From a virus (taxonomy: Duplodnaviria; Caudoviricetes), in the IMG/VR virus record IMGVR_UViG_3300035561_000119, positions 1 to 28,607 of that record: DNA of 28,607 bases; one strand, 5' to 3'. Numbering within the stretch: the stretch's first letter is position 1; each line of letters opens with the position of its first letter. Positions 25,055-28,607 of the stretch are shown one piece after another. The notes under the pieces are model-generated. The model worked only from the letters and a program-made list of their open reading frames with translations. It was not told where the DNA came from and searched no databases. Made by a program: the position numbers and the translations under genes.

Positions 25055-25506
25055 TTAACAGGTTAATTGCGGGGTTAAGTCTATTCGGGAAGAATAGAGA
25101 ATAAGGAGATTTTATGGAAGATAAAATACAAGAGGTTTCTCCTCAATTTTCAGAAGAGGAATTACTACAAAGGCAGTATGACCAAAGAATGAGAGAGCTT
25201 CTTATTTCAAGGGCAAGAGCTAATGTAGTTAAAAGTCAGATAGTTAAAGCATACGAAGGTTTGGAAAATATAAGATTTGATTTTGTTTCAGATACAGATT
25301 TTAGAGATAAAATCGTAAGGGCTAAAAGAAATCTTGAGACGGCTCTTAATGATTTTTTATTAAGAGATGAGTATTGGGAAGAAAGGATTGGTGAGCATCG
25401 TAAGATGACACCCGTAAGTTATGCGGAATTTCTTGAAAAACCAATAACCCAATCAGGCGAAACAGCCTAAATAAAAGTTCACTTAACCCCGTGATTGACT
25501 TATTAA
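25055..25506. repeat. 26-bp imperfect inverted repeat (25055-25080 / 25481-25506) enclosing one ORF
   Basis: TTAACAGGTTAATTGCGGGGTTAAGT vs ACTTAACCCCGTGATTGACTTATTAA: 21 WC pairs, 4 G-U, 1 mismatch on the + RNA. Confidence 0.85.
25114..25470 (+). CDS. hypothetical helical protein (moron-like)
   Basis: strong TAAGGAG SD; enclosed in the inverted repeat. Confidence 0.75.
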   Translation: MEDKIQEVSPQFSEEELLQRQYDQRMRELLISRARANVVKSQIVKAYEGLENIRFDFVSDTDFRDKIVRAKRNLETALNDFLLRDEYWEERIGEHRKMTPVSYAEFLEKPITQSGETA

Positions 25507-25523
25507 AAGTTAAACAAATAGTT

Positions 25524-25697
25524 ATGATAAAAGCATTAGGCGGCAGAAAATTCATCTACGCTTTATTGGTAACTATTCTAGGTTTTGTTTTGGTCTTGGT
25601 TGAGAAAGTGCCAGCCTCCGATTATCTTACCTTCGTTGGTGTAATTGGGGCAACTTATGTTTTGGGAAATGTGGCTAACAAAGCGGTAACAAAATAA
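25524..25697 (+). CDS. two-TM holin
   Basis: GGRKF N-terminal motif, two TM helices, YVLGN. Confidence 0.7.
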   Translation: MIKALGGRKFIYALLVTILGFVLVLVEKVPASDYLTFVGVIGATYVLGNVANKAVTK

Positions 25698-25700
25698 GGA

Positions 25701-25729
25701 TTGACAGCCTTTATTAAAAAAGCTATTAT
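25701..25729 (+). promoter_or_regulatory. sigma70 promoter
   Basis: TTGACA 25701-25706, 17 nt, TATTAT 25724-25729; ATG at 25741. Confidence 0.75.
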
Positions 25730-25740
25730 TTTTTGTAACA

Positions 25741-26694
25741 ATGGAAAAAGAAAACCTTGAAGGGCTTTATTTACCTGACGGCGCATTTGAAAGCCGTGAG
25801 TTTATCAAGCGCAAACTAGCCCCCCCTGTTGAGTTAGACCCAATCCCTCAAACCAATGACCGAAGTCTTGCCGAATGGACAAGGCTCTTAACAGAAATTC
25901 AGAAAAGAAGAGAGGAAATCTTACCCTTGCCTTCACATATCAAAATCATTCATAAAGGAAACAATCCTGTCTTTTATGCCTTTTTCGCTGACCTACACGC
26001 TGGCGGACAGTTTGTTGACTATCAACGGATAAATGATGAGGTTCAAGCCATAAAAGAAAACCCAAACACCTTTGTTGTCGCAATAGGCGATATTGTTGAT
26101 GACTTATTTTGGTCTCCTGCCTCACAAGAGGAAATTGCCAACTTAAACGAGCAAGCTCTTTACGCTCAAAAACTAATGGAGGAGTTAAGAGGACACCTAG
26201 TTGTAGCTATTGCAGGCGACCATGAACTTTGGGCGGCAACCAATGGGCCAACGATTTATAACGACTTTGTTAATAAATACCAAGCTCACTATATGGAAGG
26301 TGTTTCTTACATTACTGTTATGGTTGGTGAAAGTGAGTTCAGAATAGCGGCGGCTCATAGGTTTGGGGGGCATAGTATCTATAATAAGGCTCACTCCTCT
26401 CATCGGATTTATCGTGATGAGGCGGCTGGTGCGGATATTGTAGTCAGCGGTCATACCCACCAGAAAGCAATCAACGAACAATCGGTGAAAGAATTTAACG
26501 GCGGTAGAAAGGTGGTTTATGCTTCCTTAGGTGCTTATAAAGCAAGCGACAAATACGGCAGGAAGCTGGGCTATCCCAAAATGGACTATGACGAGATGGG
26601 CGGGATTGGTTTGATTTTATATCCTAATAACCATCGGTTTGAAATGAGCTGGGATATCCGAGAAGGGATTGAGAAGTTCAAGGCGTTAAAATGA
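25741..26694 (+). CDS. calcineurin-like metallophosphoesterase
   Basis: ADLHAG, IGDIVD, AGDHE, AAH, SGHTH motifs. Confidence 0.88.
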   Translation: MEKENLEGLYLPDGAFESREFIKRKLAPPVELDPIPQTNDRSLAEWTRLLTEIQKRREEILPLPSHIKIIHKGNNPVFYAFFADLHAGGQFVDYQRINDEVQAIKENPNTFVVAIGDIVDDLFWSPASQEEIANLNEQALYAQKLMEELRGHLVVAIAGDHELWAATNGPTIYNDFVNKYQAHYMEGVSYITVMVGESEFRIAAAHRFGGHSIYNKAHSSHRIYRDEAAGADIVVSGHTHQKAINEQSVKEFNGGRKVVYASLGAYKASDKYGRKLGYPKMDYDEMGGIGLILYPNNHRFEMSWDIREGIEKFKALK

Positions 26695-26963
26695 AGGAAA
26701 GACCAAGTAGGTTTTGTCCAGATTATTGTTTATTTGAAAAAGGGAATTGTCCTGTAGCTTGCAAGCATTTATCTGATGTAGAGGAGGACTACACTATATA
26801 TGAAAAGAGGGGGAGGTCGGGTGAAATTATAGAGCACAAAGTATTAGGCTCAAACCCAAACTTTGGCGGTGAGTTATATTTAGATAATGGTTCAATCATA
26901 CACCATAAAAACCCACGCTTTAGTTTAGATGGTGTTATCTTTCAATATGAAAAGCCTAAATAA
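26691..26963 (+). CDS. Cys-rich hypothetical protein
   Basis: CPDYC...CPVACKH; ATGA-coupled to the phosphoesterase. Confidence 0.65.
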   Translation: MKERPSRFCPDYCLFEKGNCPVACKHLSDVEEDYTIYEKRGRSGEIIEHKVLGSNPNFGGELYLDNGSIIHHKNPRFSLDGVIFQYEKPK

Positions 26964-27055
26964 TAAACATTCAATTTTTCAACTCTTTTTTAGCTATCTT
27001 GACAGCCGCTGACATCAGCTTTAACACCTTCTCCCATCTGGTTAGGGTGGCATTG

Positions 27056-27391
27056 TTATAGGCATCTTGAAAAAAGAAGCTGTTTTTGCCTAAACAGGTC
27101 AGTAACTACGCCCTTTACATCCACAATCTCTTTAACCCCATTTTCCCACTCAATAAGGAAATCAGCGTAGTAGTTGGCAATATGTATGCCATTAAGGTCA
27201 AGACTTAACTTAAACTGGCGTTTGTAATCAACCACCCGACCTGCGTGCTTCTCGCTATCCAACCACATAGCATAGCGGGCTTCCTTGCCACTCATATAGG
27301 TATAGCCCTTATAGGTAGTCTTAGTGGCGTTATACTTGTTAGGCTTAGGTAATGAGTTCTTAGATTGTTTACGGAGTTTAGGTTTTGTCAT
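27056..27391 (-). CDS. DUF1064-like PD-(D/E)xK nuclease, apparently frameshifted near the C-terminus (true end probably 26971)
   Basis: NKYNATKT, SGKEARY, YYADF, IVDVKG motifs. Confidence 0.8.
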   Translation of the reverse strand: MTKPKLRKQSKNSLPKPNKYNATKTTYKGYTYMSGKEARYAMWLDSEKHAGRVVDYKRQFKLSLDLNGIHIANYYADFLIEWENGVKEIVDVKGVVTDLFRQKQLLFSRCL

Positions 27392-27546
27392 TTTGTTTTG
27401 GTTGAACTTTTAAGGTATTCAGCCTCGTCTGGTGTGACTATAAATCCATGAGCGGCTGCTATCGAGAAAGTTGACATACCATCCTTGACCATCCTCATAA
27501 TGCTTGGCCTTATTTTTTTATTGGATAACTCCTTTTTGTTACTCAT
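27388..27546 (-). CDS. hypothetical protein, 52 aa (not in ORF track)
   Basis: MSNKKELSNKKIRPSIMRMVKDGMSTFSIAAAHGFIVTPDEAEYLKSSTKTK*; ATGA overlaps at both ends. Confidence 0.65.
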   Translation of the reverse strand: MSNKKELSNKKIRPSIMRMVKDGMSTFSIAAAHGFIVTPDEAEYLKSSTKTK

Positions 27547-27725
27547 TTGGACTCCCCTAATCCGTAAGGTACGATCCCGCCAACTTTGTATTTATCAAAG
27601 TAATAGCCAAAATCACTCAGTAAAGTCTTAGCTATACTCTCAGCAGCTTTTAAAAAGTACGCTCTATACTCTGGGCTTCTATCAACACTATTCGCCTTTC
27701 TAAAAGCGTCAACTATTAAAACCAC
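27543..27725 (-). CDS. hypothetical protein
   Basis: GTG-start ORF, ATGA-coupled downstream. Confidence 0.5.
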   Translation of the reverse strand: MVLIVDAFRKANSVDRSPEYRAYFLKAAESIAKTLLSDFGYYFDKYKVGGIVPYGLGESK

Positions 27726-27868
27726 CTTTTGCTCCGTTTATCTATTTCTTTTTTACAATCAATACATTTGTTAATAGTTGCTTGTTGAATATGCTTTCCC
27801 CCGCAATTCTGTATATGTTCACGCACTTCCTCTTGGGTTTCATAGTGTTCCAGTTCAAAAGTAATCAT
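27716..27868 (-). CDS. hypothetical protein, 50 aa, with half Zn-ribbon (not in ORF track)
   Basis: MITFELEHYETQEEVREHIQNCGGKHIQQATINKCIDCKKEIDKRSKRWF*. Confidence 0.55.
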   Translation of the reverse strand: MITFELEHYETQEEVREHIQNCGGKHIQQATINKCIDCKKEIDKRSKRWF

Positions 27869-28452
27869 TGGTATATTTCTAACTTACTAACGTATTTATC
27901 CATCCAAGTAGCAATTTTGGCAATTAGAGCAGCCCTCGCAGCCCACGCAGCAGCCCACGCAGCAACCCTCGCAGCCCTCGCAGCATCCCCCGCAGCCCAC
28001 GCAGCATCCCCCGCAGCAGCCCTCGCAGCAAGTCTATTTTTCTCTGTGGGATTTTTAACATATTTTTCAGCGGCTTCTATTGCCTTTCTTGGCTGCTTAT
28101 CTTTAGGGTATTTTTTTTCAAAGTATTTAAGTACAAGTCTAGCTGCATAAATAGCCAACTCAACACTATCCTTTTTCTGCCACTTGTAAGCCCTAACAAT
28201 TCTCATCTTGGAGTAAACCTCTTTATCGTCTTGAACCTGTTTACGCCCATCACACTCCACTTCAGCCAATATCTCGCCCTGAATATAGGAAAAGGCTTGG
28301 TACACTCCCTTAGAACAATGCAGCCCCTGTTTACAAATCTTTAGTTTACCTTTATGGGTTTTCCATTTACCAATCTGCCAAGTTAAATCCCCATTAGCAG
28401 ACTTTATCTTTCCGTTAACCTCGTTTAGAAACTTCCAGCGATATATTTTCAT
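27865..28452 (-). CDS. phage protein with Imm5-like segment and Ala-rich repeats
   Basis: GLHCSK, YPKDKQPRKAIEAAEKY, AAW/AAR/AGD repeats. Confidence 0.75.
   Translation of the reverse strand: MKIYRWKFLNEVNGKIKSANGDLTWQIGKWKTHKGKLKICKQGLHCSKGVYQAFSYIQGEILAEVECDGRKQVQDDKEVYSKMRIVRAYKWQKKDSVELAIYAARLVLKYFEKKYPKDKQPRKAIEAAEKYVKNPTEKNRLAARAAAGDAAWAAGDAARAARVAAWAAAWAARAALIAKIATWMDKYVSKLEIYQ
27930..28030 (-). repeat. degenerate 9/12-nt repeat GCT-GCG-NGG(-GNT)
   Basis: about 9 units visible. Confidence 0.85.
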
Positions 28453-28464
28453 ATCATTAAAAAA

Positions 28465-28605
28465 CTAACTAATAATATCCCCTTTGATTTTTTCTTTTAA
28501 TTCCTCCAAATCACTAATAGCTTGGTTATAACCAATAACTCTATCGTTTAATAAACTCTCTTTAGTTAATTTATCATTTTGAGAAAAATATTTTGTATGT
28601 TTGCT
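28465..28605 (-). CDS. partial hypothetical phage protein (5' end outside window)
   Basis: ..RVIGYNQAISDLEELKEKIKGDIIS*. Confidence 0.6.
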   Translation of the reverse strand, partial: SKHTKYFSQNDKLTKESLLNDRVIGYNQAISDLEELKEKIKGDIIS

Positions 28606-28607
28606 TT

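Noticed and set aside
25055-25506. IS/MITE or integron attC interpretation of the inverted repeat
   Set aside because: No transposase, no evident target-site duplication, and no attC R/L box arrangement; G-U bias favours single-strand pairing.
27782-28150. 122-aa + strand Ala-rich ORF
   Set aside because: Antisense shadow of the repeat in the - strand gene, which has recognisable motifs and coupled neighbours.
1-28607. CRISPR array, integrase/att site, reverse transcriptase, rRNA/tRNA
   Set aside because: No regularly spaced repeats or recognisable motifs seen by eye.

Overview
The window is a large part of a tailed-phage (podovirus-like) genome or prophage read in the standard genetic code. 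Strong TTGACA-N16-18-TAnnnT promoters and frequent leaderless or SD-less starts are compatible with a CPR/Patescibacteria-type host (inference). The + strand runs: small regulatory genes, terminase small subunit, terminase large subunit split into ATPase and nuclease ORFs, two tiny DUF2292/YezD-like ORFs, portal, scaffold, and an N4-gp56-like major capsid protein. A ~5.4 kb modification cluster follows directly (3 glycosyltransferases, alkaline-phosphatase-superfamily enzyme, Pol-beta nucleotidyltransferase, SAM methyltransferase, GroES). After it come putative ejection proteins, tail adaptor/nozzle/fibre, CHAP endolysin, holins and a metallophosphoesterase, then a convergent arm of small - strand genes. 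Most notable: (1) three structural operons are each preceded by promoter -> short hairpin overlapping a long intrinsic terminator. Two copies share GGGTATG..TTRGCC with covarying stems, suggesting an undescribed late antitermination system, with the two DUF2292-like proteins as candidate effectors. (2) The capsid-linked glycosylation/phosphodiester modification cluster. (3) A riboswitch-like leader at 495-623. (4) An orphan gene enclosed in a 26-bp G-U-compatible inverted repeat inside the lysis module. All family calls are from motif recognition only; no searches were run.
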